NCBI GenBank assembly: GCA_002269645.1 | Contig: NIVC01002113.1 | Coordinates: 1 to 39,868, forward strand | Reading direction: 5' to 3' | Origin: Macrostomum lignano | Taxonomy: Eukaryota | Length of the DNA stretch: 39,868 nt | Shown: positions 1 to 11,826 of the stretch, in pieces | Layout: each line of letters starts with the position of its first letter | Position numbering within the stretch: position 1 is the first letter of the stretch | Made by a program: the position numbers and the translations under genes | The notes under the pieces: generated by a model | What the model was told of the DNA's origin: nothing | The model's database searches: none | The model's input: the letters and a program-made list of their open reading frames with translations, nothing else

Positions 1-1257
1 GAATAGCGCCAACAGGATGCAAATGAGGACGTTGCGGTACCACAGCTGCGAGATGAGGTACTTCACACCGATGGTTCATAATGTTGCTGCTGCGCAGATC
101 CTTGAAGTCGGCTTTTCTGCAGGCGAAGAAAAATTTCAAGAATACAATATGAAACTTGTGTCAATGACTACACATGAATGTACCATTTGACATGTTTGAA
201 CATGTTGTCGTTTAAATTGATACCTGAGTTCGGACAGCAGCAGTACAGGATTGCGCAACGACCTGCACACGGCGCCTTTGCCGCAACGAAAATAGCCGTG
301 CAGGTAGTAGCGCTTCACCTGCAGATTGCCGCGCAGACTCGAATCCTGATAGACGCCCGGCGTCTCCAGAATCTCCACGGCCAGACGGAAGCATCTCAGC
401 TTGATGGCTAACTCAACAGGTCGAAATCCGCCAGATCCTCCGACAGAAGCAGCTCCTTCAACCGTTCGGTCTTGATCAGGGCGCAAACCGCTCGGTACAA
501 GCTGATGTAGTCAGTCTCCTGCCGCTTCTGGTAGTGCGCGCCCAGCAGAGGGCGTGGAACACTGTACTCTCGTTGGTGTCCTTGGCACACCAAATCGGAG
601 TCTCGTACCGGCTCACCAGCTGGCGCATACAGTTGATGGCCGAGTTGAAGGCGCACAGGTGAGTCAGTCGTGAAACGAGATGTAGTTGCAGGATGGATGG
701 TCGTACACTAGGGTCAACTGGTGCCGGTTGTCCTCCAGCAGGCAGACGAAATCGTCAGCCTTGTCCTCCTTCAGAATGCTGCTCCAGCGGTTCAGCTTGT
801 CCGAAGACAGGCCGAAGAAGGCGGTGGAGGGGAATCGGAATGGCGTGACGTTGCCACCGCCGCTTCCACCGGCCGTCGGACTCACTCCTGAGGCGATGGT
901 GGTGATGGTAGTCGGGTGAATGACGGCGGCTCGGCGCCAACTGTCGGCCCTCCGCCTGCGCGGCCGTCGGCAACGCGTCGCCGACTGCAGCAGCAGCGGA
1001 CGGCGAGCAGGCAGAGCCAGCGCAGCAGTGCGCGCAGCCGACAGTAGATGTGGTAGCAGAGACCGCTCGGATGGCACCGCCTGGCCGATGGCATCTCTAG
1101 GGAGTAGGCCTGACCGTAGTGCATGATGTGGGAGGCCTCAGTAGATGATTCTCCCCAGTTCTTATGGAGATCGGATGCGGTCAGATACGCAGAGCAAACA
1201 GAGCGCTACTTGTGTCGGACACACCACCAATTTCTCTGTCATGTGATCTTTCTTGTC
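1..1257 (-). pseudogene. Ankyrin-repeat TRP channel fragment (TRPV/TRPA-type), multiply frameshifted; continues off the left edge of the window
   Basis: Stitching frames on the minus strand gives ankyrin-like LTHLCAFNSAINCMRQLV...AKDTNESTVFHAL and PVELAIKLRCFRLAVEIL. It then gives a pre-S1 segment IMNH..GVKYLISQLWYRNVLICILLALF, resembling the helix before TM1 of TRPV/TRPA channels. A GT-AG intron lies at 223..117 and an acceptor at 1260-1258. Several frame changes are needed; these may be decay or consensus errors. Confidence 0.6.
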
Positions 1258-2660
1258 CTGGGAGAAAAGATGCTTCTTAAACAAGTACTTGCAGCCTCTT
1301 GAAAACGTGACAAAAGCAGAGCAATAAGAACAGACCGATTGAGCACGAGGGTTCCAACTGTGCTCTGACGTATAGCCAAAAAACTTTATTTGCTTCAGAC
1401 TCCTGTGCGTTATCTGCCCGGCGGCTTATCGGCCCCCAGCCCCAGCGTCCAGGAAGGAGAAAAAACACACATCAGCAGAATCAGCAGAAAAACTGCTTGC
1501 GCAGATCCGGTTTGGCAAAAATTATCAGCACCAATTTAAGAAGCATAAATTATTGACGATAAGGAAAACTCGCTGCCAAACCGGCTGCTGCCCGCGCGGC
1601 AAACATTGAGCAACTTGAGTCAATTCTATCGACTTTGGAACGAAGTTTTTAAGCTGGTTGCCATGGTGACGAGGACGATTAGATTCGTAGAGCAACCGAG
1701 TTAAGTCTAGATAAATTGTATCAGGGTTTAACAGGTTGGATAAAATCAGTTTTGTATATGTTTGTTCTGCTCATTCTTTTGTGCCGAGTTCACTCGATAC
1801 AGTCGCTGCCAACCAGAGCCAATCAGGTGCTTTTGTTTTGAAGGCAATAAGATCAGCAAATGCATTTTTGTCAATCCGTAGATCAGTTTCCCAGCCTTCT
1901 ATTATTATTTAATTAGTCTATTAGTCGTTTCTTAGTATGCTGCATCGTTTTGTGCTTTGCCTTTGACCAACAGAGCCACTGAGCGCGATGCTTCTGCAAC
2001 GAAGATGTCTTCTAATAGTACAGTGATCTGTTCACAGCATTGCTTGTTGTGCCGTTGTGGAATAGCGAGCTACGGTATATTGTGTCTTAGCATCTAGTTC
2101 AAGTTAAAAAAATGATTTCCTTAATGATTTTTATTAATTTCCTCGTTTTAGTTAAGCTACTATTAGTAAACTCAACGAGTAGTTAGAATCTTGACGGGAA
2201 CGCGAAATTGCCTAGCGAATTTATAACGAATGAGTGAACGATCTGGCATTTTGTCAATATCCTATAGAACTGCACTCCATCCTAGACAAAAGCAATTAAT
2301 TAATTTATTATTAATTTATTATTATCTTTTTGATAAATTGATAAATAATAGCCATCCTTCTTAGGCGCGGATGAAGGCATATAACCTATTTCTTATCTGC
2401 GAAATTTCCTGAAATTAAGGAAAAACTAGCTTTGATGAGCTAGATATAAAAGCAGTGTGCAAAACCAAGAGTTGAATAGTTACTCAAAGAGCAGTCACAG
2501 TCTGGGTGGCTCAAATTTAAGTTCATAAGTGTATTACAGCGCATTCCTCAGCGGCCGCTATTGTCACCAGCAAACTCTATTTTGTATATTTGAATAAATA
2601 TCCAATGAGTAGCGAGACGCAGGACTCAACCGGAGAAAACACAAAGCTTAATAAACAAAA

Positions 2661-5600
2661 ATGTCCGAATTCGTCAATACAATTCTCACGCCTCCCCTGA
2701 AGACAGAATTCGGTCGATACAATATGCCCTGAAAACTTCTGATTTCCCATGAATCCATGACCCAGCAGAAGTCCAAAAAAGCAATCTAGAAATCCTATCG
2801 CATTGTCTGCACAGTGTACAGGTATGCAAAATATTACAGTGACTTTAGTTGATATCGGTATAGAATGAAACTAATCCATTCTGCCAGAGCCTCAGAAGTT
2901 GGCCTTTCATGGCTGAGTATCGCCTCAGGCCAATCGCACGGAATCGAACCAACTATACATGCATACATTTTTCGCAAGAGGCAGCTGCTCAGCCTCTCAA
3001 TTGCTTCATCAGTTGTTTACTATTAAAGTGCAGCCGAGCTCCGGCAGCCCGTCTCCACTCTGTCCAGCTCTCGGCCGCAGCAATTCGCTGCATTTTGCAT
3101 TCCTGCCACCTGCAGCCAGCAGCAACAGACAGGCTTGAGCACGCACTGAATGGCCTGAGAGCCATCGAATTATGATATGCGAGCATGGTCACAATGGCTT
3201 TTTAAGACAAAACGCAGTCGAGCTGTAGGCAGCGGGTGGTTAGAGAGGCCAGCTTAACCTCTCTGTATCTCTGCTCGCTCGCTATTCTCAGGCCAGCTCA
3301 CCGCTCTGTCAGCCTCCCTGCAGTTTGGCAGACTCCGGGGCAACCAGCAGTGCTGTACTCGGTCTGTTTTGAGTAGTGAGCTGAATGGAGCTGCATTCTA
3401 GCTAGACTTATTTATTATCTCAGGCAGGAGTTGCGGGGTTGGGTGGTTCGAGAGGCCAGTATGGGGTGATTGCGAACTCGAGTAGTTTTCTCTTTGCGGG
3501 CTTTTATGACGCCAGACTGTCGCACTGCGAGTGCTGAGCTGGGTGGGGCCGTTCCAGATGAAGCTTGGAGATTCATTTAGCGATGAGGCTGCCGAGATGA
3601 CCAGCGCAAAGCTGAGCTGTCTGAGGCTGCAGTGGCAGCTGCTCCCGAAAGAGTTGCAGCCCCAGCCTTGCACAATGGAGACTCTGCATTGTGCTTTAGC
3701 ACCCTGCCTGCCCCCTCACTGCACCTTCGCTTCTGTGCTCAGAGATGACGGGCGGAGGCTGGGCTGCCAGCCAGCTGCATTTTTTTGATAGTTTAGCGCT
3801 TTCTCGAAGCATGAGAAAACAAGCGTTTATTGAGCGGAGTCTGCATGATCTGAGCTGGGATCTGATAGAGAACAAAGAAGCTGAGCTGGGATCTTATGGA
3901 GAGTAGAGAAGCTGAGCTTTCGAGTTGACAAATCTCAGCAGTGAAATGCTAAAGTGCCGGTCACCAAGTGCAAAATGCAATAAAAAAGCCAGGCAGCCGC
4001 AGTGCACAGATAAACCGTGTGAAATCCAAAATCAGCCTATATGTGAGTCTCGCACTGTCCTGGGCAGGCCGAGAGCTGGACAGAACAGAGACGGGCTGCC
4101 AGAGCTCGGCTGCACTTTAATAATAAACAACTGATGAAGCAATTGAGAGGCTGAGCAGCTGCCTCTTGCGAAAAATGTATGCATGTATAGTTGGTTCGAT
4201 TCCGTGCGATTGGCCTGAGGCGATACTCAGCCATGAAAGGCCAACTTCTGAGGCTCTGGCAGAATGGATTAGTTTCATTCTATACCGATATCAACTAAAG
4301 TCACTGTAATATTTTGCATACCTGTACACTGTGCAGACAATGCGATAGGATTTCTAGGATTGCTTTTTTGGACTTCTGCTGGGTCATGGATTCATGGGAA
4401 ATCAGTAGTTTTCAGGGCATATTTTATCGACCGAATTCTCTCTTCAGGGGAGGCAAAGCGCCGCCCGCATCATTGGTGATGGCGAAACGAAATCGTCCAA
4501 CGAAAGTATTTGGTCGGCAATTTTCGACTGGTTCAAATCGAACCTTGACGTTTTAATTTGTCCCACTGTAGTCTGCTTGGTACTCACCGTGTCTTGCGTC
4601 TTGATGTGCTTCTGCTTCAATAAATTAAAAACCAAGAAATACAAAATGAGCAAAGTCAAGATCGCCGTTATGTGCATATCGATTGTCGGGCTGATGGCCT
4701 TTAGTGCGCTATTTTGGTACCATTCAGCGACACTGCTTCGATCTACGGCTATGGTAAACAACTCTACGACTAACAGAGTCCGCAGCCGAGCCCCGGTTCA
4801 GTCCAGGACACCATGACTAGCGTTGTTGACCAGTCCATGGTCTTCTTAGACAGCAGCGTTCGTAGAATTAACTCAACTCTGCTCACTCTGCGTTGGAATG
4901 CGCTGCCAAAGCTCCAGGGCCTGTTGAGAGGCATTTCAACCAACCTGCTCAACGCTCTGGCTTCCAACTCCAGCCTAAAGCCGCTTTTCGATTTGTTAGA
5001 CACTTTCTTGGCAACTGCGCACCGAATCATGAGCAGCATGGAGTCCATTTCTCGAGCACGAAGTGGCGTCCTGACTCAGTTGGCACATCTGACTGGAATC
5101 CTAAACCAGCTGCATTCCAAAATCAATCGAACACTGGTCTCTGTGTGCGCATACGGCAGTTTTGCCTCAAACAGTTCAGAGTGCAGCAGTCTTACAAAGC
5201 ATCTCGGCAAAATAACTATCGGTCCGAACTCGTCGTCTATTGACACGGACGTGAGCGTTTCGGTTGTGACGTTGCAGCGGCTGTTTAACCTAAACATAAC
5301 TCAGCTAGATGTTCGCCTTCGGGAAGCCAAGGAGTTGCTAAACAACATGATTGGATCCGTGGACACGTATGTTGAGAACTTGCTGAATCAGCTGATTGGG
5401 ACAGTGTCTCGAGAGTTCCAAACCTGGTTGTCGGAGATCGCCAAGTTTGGCGAAACGATGCGGGATCACGTCACGGGCCCTGATGTCGAAGCATACGCCA
5501 ACTATCCCAGGATTGGCGTTTATATTATTCTCGCATTGTCGGTGCTAACTTCTCTGACTGTGATAACCGCAGTCCTTTGCTCCATTTCAGAGCTTAGAAA

Positions 5601-6767
5601 AGAGATTAACCGGCGGCAGATAGAACCGAATAATAACCGTTGCAACTCAAGAAAACGTTTTATTGCAGTACTTACCATTGTCATGATGCTTTTCATCATA
5701 GTCTTGCTCACCTGCGGCTGTCTCGTGCTCACAGTCGGGATCGTCGCTGAACGAGATGTAGTCGCGCCGATCACGACAGAAAGTGGCAGACGCGACCTGG
5801 ACGGCAGCCTAGACACCTTCGTGCGAGACGCGGGCTGGCCCCGACTTCGCCGATATCTGGAGTCGGTCACGGACATTCCGCTGCCGTTCAAGTTCTCCAA
5901 AGAGCTGCCGACTGGAATCTTGCAGCGCATGCTGAGCCGATGCGGTCCGCCTAACAAAGAAACGCTGCCTCAGATTCTCGGTCTTTTGAGCATGGTCGAC
6001 TCGACTCGGTTCGTCGACTCGGACTTGATTTCTCGGCAGATTGCTCAACTGCGTCGCAGTTTGACGTCACAGCTTGAGAACCGCAACTCGGAGTCCCTCA
6101 TCTCGAAGCAGTACGTGGCCGACCTCGCTGTTCAGCTGGAACCGTTTGTGCGCCTCGTGGACTCGGCCGACTACTCCGTAACTCCGGCAGCATCGCCGAG
6201 CTGTCGAAGCCGGTGATCGGTCTGAACGACACTCAGCTGCAGACGATGACCGGAGAGCTGCGGAGTCTCGGTCGGAGAGTCCTCCGCGAGAACAGTACCG
6301 ACCCGAGGGGCTTCGAGCTGATGGTGTGGGCCGGCCAGCTGCAGTCGGCTTGGTCGGAGCGCGCGCCCGTCATCAAAGACGGACTGATGCAGCTTCGCGA
6401 CAACTTCAGCTCGCTGCAGAGCGACAGAGTGCTCGGACACTTCACAGGTCAGCTGATGACGCGATTCGACCAATTTCGAGTCGGTTTCGACAGCCTCACT
6501 CGGAACTTGAGTCTGATTGAGCTGCGCTTCAACCAGAGCGTCGACGCGTCTCGTCCGAAGGCCGTCGATCTGCTGGACGACCTCCTGCGCAGCGCTCTCG
6601 CCAACATCGGCCACTGCGACGGCCTCCTTCCGGTGTTCGAGGAAGTCAGCGACTTCAGCAGCAGAGTTGTCGGATTCGTTTGGCGTTTGGGTCTTTGCCT
6701 GCTGATGTCCAATGCGTTTGCGCTCGTCTGCAGCTGCGTGTGGTACGCGCTAATTTTCATGCTGTAG
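2661..6767 (+). pseudogene. Prominin-like five-TM glycoprotein gene, intronless, interrupted by a TIR element (2692-4452) and by frameshifts near 4790 and 6190
   Basis: The reconstructed ORF begins MSEFVNTILT|QSAARIIG and has five hydrophobic segments. TM1 is followed by a Cys-rich CVLMCFCF, and two loops of about 260-300 aa carry many N-x-S/T sites. LTVGIVAERDVVAPI follows TM4 and IGHCDGLLPVFEEV..GFVWRLGLCLL lies before and in TM5, matching prominin topology. The pieces are ORFs 4577-4816, 4813-6216 and 6213-6767. Confidence 0.7.
2692..4452. mobile_element. Non-autonomous DNA transposon with about 385-bp terminal inverted repeats and a probable 2-bp (GC) TSD
   Basis: 2692-3076 is the reverse complement of 4067-4452 with only a handful of differences. 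Termini are CTCCCCTGAAGA...TCTTCAGGGGAG, with GC at both 2690-2691 and 4453-4454. The roughly 1-kb interior has no recognisable transposase. Confidence 0.85.
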
Positions 6768-7862
6768 ATGCTGATCTGCAACTCAGCTTCTGAAATGCTG
6801 CAGCTGGCGCCCTCCGTTGAGCAAGCAAAATTTGCGGAAACCTATTTATTATCGGATCTACAGTTGTAAAACAGCGATAATAATTTTATTGAACTTGAAT
6901 GGGTCTCTCTTTATAAGTTTTTGTGCTATCCAGTAATTCTACGTAGCCTAAAATACATGTACATTGCATGAGAAGAGAAGTGTGTTGCTACGGGCGGAGA
7001 ACTGTTAAGAACGCTGCTTTGAAGAGTGATAATTATGATGATGATTAAAGACAGTAATTGTAGGTTCTATAAAGTAAATCTGTCACTTAATACAGGTATA
7101 TATAGTCGTCACCAGGGGCACACCCCACCCCCAATAAAACCTATATGGGGGACATGCCAATGCTCTCCCTCACCCACCTTGTGACCCGTTATGGAAATCT
7201 ATAATTTTGCTTCAGGACGACAAAACATATAGTACCTGCGGCGCTAAAATGAGTGCCTGCGGCGCCAAAATGAACGCTGACACAGATTCTGAAAATAATG
7301 TACATGTAGGAATTTAGTCATGTATACATGTACATGTACAGTACAACTCTTGGCTTTGTCTCTCCCAACATAAAATCCATGGCGACGCCCCTGGGAATAT
7401 CAGCTGGCATTACGATTAACGATTTGGACTAGAATGACCAAAATTTACAGCTACTTTAATCTGTTTTTGCTCGCGGATTAAAAGTGTCGCAAACTATCCG
7501 GGCACCCCCTCGCAGTAATTTTTAAACGAAAGAATGTTTTATTGTTTTTTAATTCAGTGAAACAGTATGAACGAAATCGGTTACATAAGTTTAACATTAT
7601 ATTTGTATAACATTAACATTAAAGTTATTGACATTATATCAGAATATGCGCTGATATTGACAACAATCGTTAAGGGTAACGTCGCAGACGCACTAACTAC
7701 TCTTAAAAACCTCTAGTTAATTAGGATCGGCCGGGTCTGGCGAAAACACACAAGCAAGAATGAAATTTTGCGTGTCTTTTTTACCTATTTAAAGGCTTGT
7801 TTTTGGACACTTAAGTTATGAAATTGAGGAGTTGCAGTATTTTTCTTCTGGCGTCGCAAAAG

Positions 7863-10800
7863 TCAAAGTCGATCAACAAGTCCGCAAAACTCGCCAAGTC
7901 CCACATTACTCAGAGCCTGTTTGACCGCGTCAGGTTGAGCTTTGCCGAACCACTGCAACGCCACTCTCTCTGGCTGCTCCACTGTGCTCAACAGCATTGC
8001 TTGGGGATCCACTGCACTCAAACTGCTACTCAACAACTCCACAAACTCTGCAGATTTTTTTTGCATAGCCAATTCCGAACAGATCTTGTCCATGGCTTCT
8101 GGGCCGCTCGGAAGAAGCAGCGATGTAGCAGAACTTGACTGCATCGATTCGTCTCCTTCAAGCTCCTGGTCCTCCTCACCGACAGGCAGCTCCGCCATCA
8201 GGCCTTGCAAAGCTTTTTGAATATTTATTCCTTCAGCCGAACTGATTTCTAATAGATCTATGGGCCTCTTGCCAGATAAATCTCCGGTTGCCAGGGCGTT
8301 GCCAAGGCGACGGGCTAAGATTTGAGAATTCAAAGCCAATTGTCTCAGTTCGGTCAGCAATGGCAGAAGCAAGGTTGAGTACCACTTAGACTGCTCAGAG
8401 CAATAGTGCAGCGGGTTTTTACCAGCCGAGTCAGTGGTTGACAAAAGCTCAGGGCAAGCCTCAGCCAAGGTGGTCATCACCTTCATGGCTGGCCCGATGT
8501 CAGAGTTCTCATTCTCTTCAGCAGTTCTGAGAACAGCTTCAATTAGAAATGTCCGCCGCTCGGCACCTGAGCAGCGCTGTGTGAGCTGTCTGGTTTGCTG
8601 AAATATGCCGATAAATTATGGCAATTTTAGTTGCTGTGGCAATTAATTGGCCTGCTTAGTAACCACTTGATTCTAGAATACAGTGGAAATTGAAAATATA
8701 GAGATAGAGAGGGAATAGAAACGTATAGGGAAGGAAAAGAACAGTATAGAGAAGGAATAGAACAGGATAGAGAAGGAATAGAACAGGATAGAGAAGGAAT
8801 AGAACAGGATAGAGAGGGAATAGAACAGAATAGAGAAGGAATAGAACAGGATAGAGAAGGAATAGAACAGGATAGAGAAGGAATAGAACAGGATAGAGAG
8901 GGAATAGAACAGGATAGAGAAGGAATAGAACAGGATATAGAAGGAATAGAACAGGATAGAGAAGGAATAGAACAGGATAGAGAGGGAATAGAACAGGATA
9001 GAGAAGGAATAGAACAGGATAGAGAGGGAATAGAACAGAATAGAGAAGGAATAGAACAGGATAGAGAAGGAATAGAACAGGATAGAGAAGGAATAGAACA
9101 GGATAGAGAAGGAATAGAACAGGATAGAGAAGGAATAGAACAGGATAGAGAAGGAATAGAACAGGATAGAGAAGGAATAGAACAGTATAGAGAAGGAATA
9201 GAACAGTATAGAGAAGGAATAGAAAGAGGATAGAGAAGGAATAGAACAGGATAGAGAAGGAATAGAACAGTATAGGGAAGTAATAGAACAGGATAGAGAA
9301 GGAATAGAACAGTATAGAGAAGGAATAGAACAGGATAGAGAAGGAATAGAACAGGATAGAGAAGGAATAGAACAGGATAGAGAAGGAATAGAACAGGATA
9401 GAGAGGGAATAGAACAGAATAGAGAAGGAATAGAACAGGATAGAGAAGGAATAGAACAGGATAGAGAAGGAATAGAACAGGATAGAGAGGGAATAGAACA
9501 GGATATAGAAGGAATAGAACAGGATAGAGAAGGAATAGAACAGGATAGAGAGGGAATAGAACAGGATAGAGAAGTAATAGAACAGGATAGAGAAGGAATA
9601 TAACAGGATAGAGAAGGAATATAACAGGATAGAGAAGGAATAGAACAGGATAGAGAAGGAATAGAACAGTATAGAGAAGTAATAGAACAGGATAGAGAAG
9701 GAATAGAACAGGATAGAGAAGGAATAGAACAGGATAGAGAAGGAATAGAACAGGATAGAGGGAATAGAACAGTATAGAGAAGGAATGGAACAGGATAGAG
9801 GGAATAGAACAGGATAGAGAAGGAATAGAACAGTATAGAGAAGGAATGGAACAGGATAGAGGGAATAGAACAGTATAGAGAAGTAATAGAACAGGATAGA
9901 GGGAATAGAACAGTATAGAGAAGTAATAGAACAGGATAGAGAAGGAATAGAACAGTATAGAGAAGGAATGGAACAGGATAGAGAAGGAATGGAGCAGGAT
10001 AGAGAAGGAATGGAGCAGGATAGAGAAGGAATAGACCATGAGAAAATGGAGGAATGAGTAATGTGTTATTATTAAAGATAGAATACACGCACACTACCGT
10101 CATTAGCTAAGCAAGAATAGCGCACAGTTGGGAAGCAAAAGCGAAAACTTTTGGTTTTCCAGGAAATTGGCAGAATAAAAGTACAAGTAGTTCAACAGTG
10201 TTATTTCCCAACCAGTCAAAATTAATGTCTAGGTCTCAGTTTCAATGCACAGCTTGTATACCGCATTTGGCTGTACACAAACCAGGCTGGGGGCATGGAG
10301 GTACCTACTAACTTGTAACCTAGCTGTTTGTTAGTGTCTCAATTGAGCGACTCCAGTTCTAGAAACTACAGCCCCACCACCCCAGTCCACTCCCTCACTG
10401 ATCTGCAGCCACAGCCCCAGCACCCCAGTCCACTCCCTCACTGAACTGTAGGCACAGCCCCACCACCCCAGTCCACTCCCTCACTGATCTGCAGCCACAG
10501 CCCCACCACCCCAGTCCACTCCCTCACTGAACTGCAGGCACAGCCCCACCACCCCAGTCCACTCCCTCACTGATCTGCAGCCACAGCCCCAGCACCCCAG
10601 TCCACTCCCTCACTGAACTGCAGGCACAGCCCCACCACCCCAGTCCACTCCCTCACTGAACTGCAGGCACAGCCCCACCACCCCAGTCCACTCCCTCACT
10701 GATCTGCAGGCACAGCCCCACCACCCCAGTCCACTCCCTCACTGATCTGCAGCCACAGCCCCAGCACCCCAGTCCACTCCCTCACTGAACTGTAGGCACA

Positions 10801-11826
10801 GCCCCACCACCCCAGTCCACTCCCTCACTGAACTGCAGGCACAGCCCTACCACCCCAGTCCACTCCCTCACTGATCTGCAGCCACAGCCCCAGCACCCCA
10901 GTCCACTCCCTCACTGAACTGCAGGCACAGCCCCACCACCCCAGTCCACTCCCTCACTGAACTGCAGGCACAGCCCCACCACCCCAGTCCACTCCCTCAC
11001 TGATCTGCAGCCACAGCCCCAGCACCCCAGTCCACTCCCTCACTGATCTGCAGGCACAGCCCCACCACCCCAGTCCACTCCCTCACTGAACTGCAGGCAC
11101 AGCCCCACCACCCCAGTCCACTCCCTCACTGATTTGCAGCCACAGCCCCAGCACCCCAGTCCACTCCCTCACTGATCTGCAGCCACAGCCCCAGCACCCC
11201 AGTCCACTCCCACACTGAACTGCAGAAAACCCCACAAATTCTTAACACAATCTTACCTCTCCTTTGATGCAAGCCTCAATAAAGTGCAAAGCGGGTGTCC
11301 AGTTGCCTTTTCGAATAGCAATGAGAATAGCTGACGGGTGCTGATCGTTGCCAGCAAGCAGTTCAGGAAATCGATTAATCAAAGCCAACAGAGTCTGCTC
11401 GTGGTTTGTTGACTCGGCAAAACCGAAGTACAATTGCTTCAGAGCCAGAGGGAAGCTCAATAGCCAACGCTGGTCCTGTACAGGCTTCTCGGAGAAGGCC
11501 TTTTCGAGATCGCTCATCGGTCTCTGTTGCATGGGAGTTGGCGCGCTTGTGACGGACTTGCCGGCTTTCAGCACTGGTCTTTGCTGTTGAGCCTCTTGGC
11601 CTTGCTGAGCCTGCCTAGCAGACCCAGCGCCTGGATCTACAAACGATCTCTCCAAATTAGTGCCAACTTTTCGTCGGGAATTTCTAGAACTAGCTGCGTT
11701 TTTGGGAACGGTTGTTGCTGCTGTTGATGAAGCTCCGCTGCCCTCCAAAGATGTCTGAGCCGGTTGGCCAGAGCTGAGAATGGTGACTTTACCGCCGATG
11801 CCGCTAGCTCTTTGCTGTTCAGACAT
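7863..11826 (-). CDS. Two-exon ankyrin-repeat protein with a probable C-terminal death domain, 434 aa; exons 11826-11257 and 8597-7863
   Basis: Exon 1 is 570 nt and ends GAG|GTAAGA. Exon 2 begins TTCAG|CAA, is 735 nt and ends in TGA. The phase-0 join is in frame with no stops. Ankyrin-like motifs include SAILIAIRKGN, AGKNPLHYCSE and SGKRPIDLLE. The C-terminal ~75 aa show a death-fold pattern. Confidence 0.8.
8703..10035. repeat. 21-bp minisatellite (GATAGAGAAGGAATAGAACAG)n, about 63 units, intronic
   Basis: Directly visible period of 21; it generates the spurious 470/476-aa ORFs. Confidence 0.97.
10368..11224. repeat. 43-bp minisatellite (CACAGCCCCACCACCCCAGTCCACTCCCTCACTGAWCTGCAGS)n, about 20 units, intronic
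   Basis: CCCAGTCC recurs at 10381, 10424 and onward every 43 bp. The array starts about 30 nt from the splice donor at 11256. Confidence 0.97.

Noticed and set aside
408-1077. ADAR-like look of SSDKLNRW and SLYRAV
   Set aside because: There is no HAE or PCG zinc-binding motif, and the flanking ankyrin and pre-S1 motifs fit a TRP channel better.
2697-2725. Hammerhead-like CTGAAGA...GGTCGATAC at the TIR ends
   Set aside because: GAAA is GATA in both copies, stem II has only 2 bp, and no NUH or stem I partner follows.
2822-4447. Splicing rescue of the prominin-like gene using a donor (CAG|GTATGC, 2822) and an acceptor (TCTCTTCAG, 4447) inside the TIRs
   Set aside because: The sites exist, but the native frame stops at 2730 before the donor, and the two later ATGs in the left TIR also hit stops.
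7105-7393. Possible MITE ending TGGCGACGCCCCTG
   Set aside because: The left end matches only weakly and no TSD was found.
8627-10103. 470-aa and 476-aa ORFs
   Set aside because: They are translations of the stop-free strand of a 21-bp minisatellite lying inside a well-supported intron.
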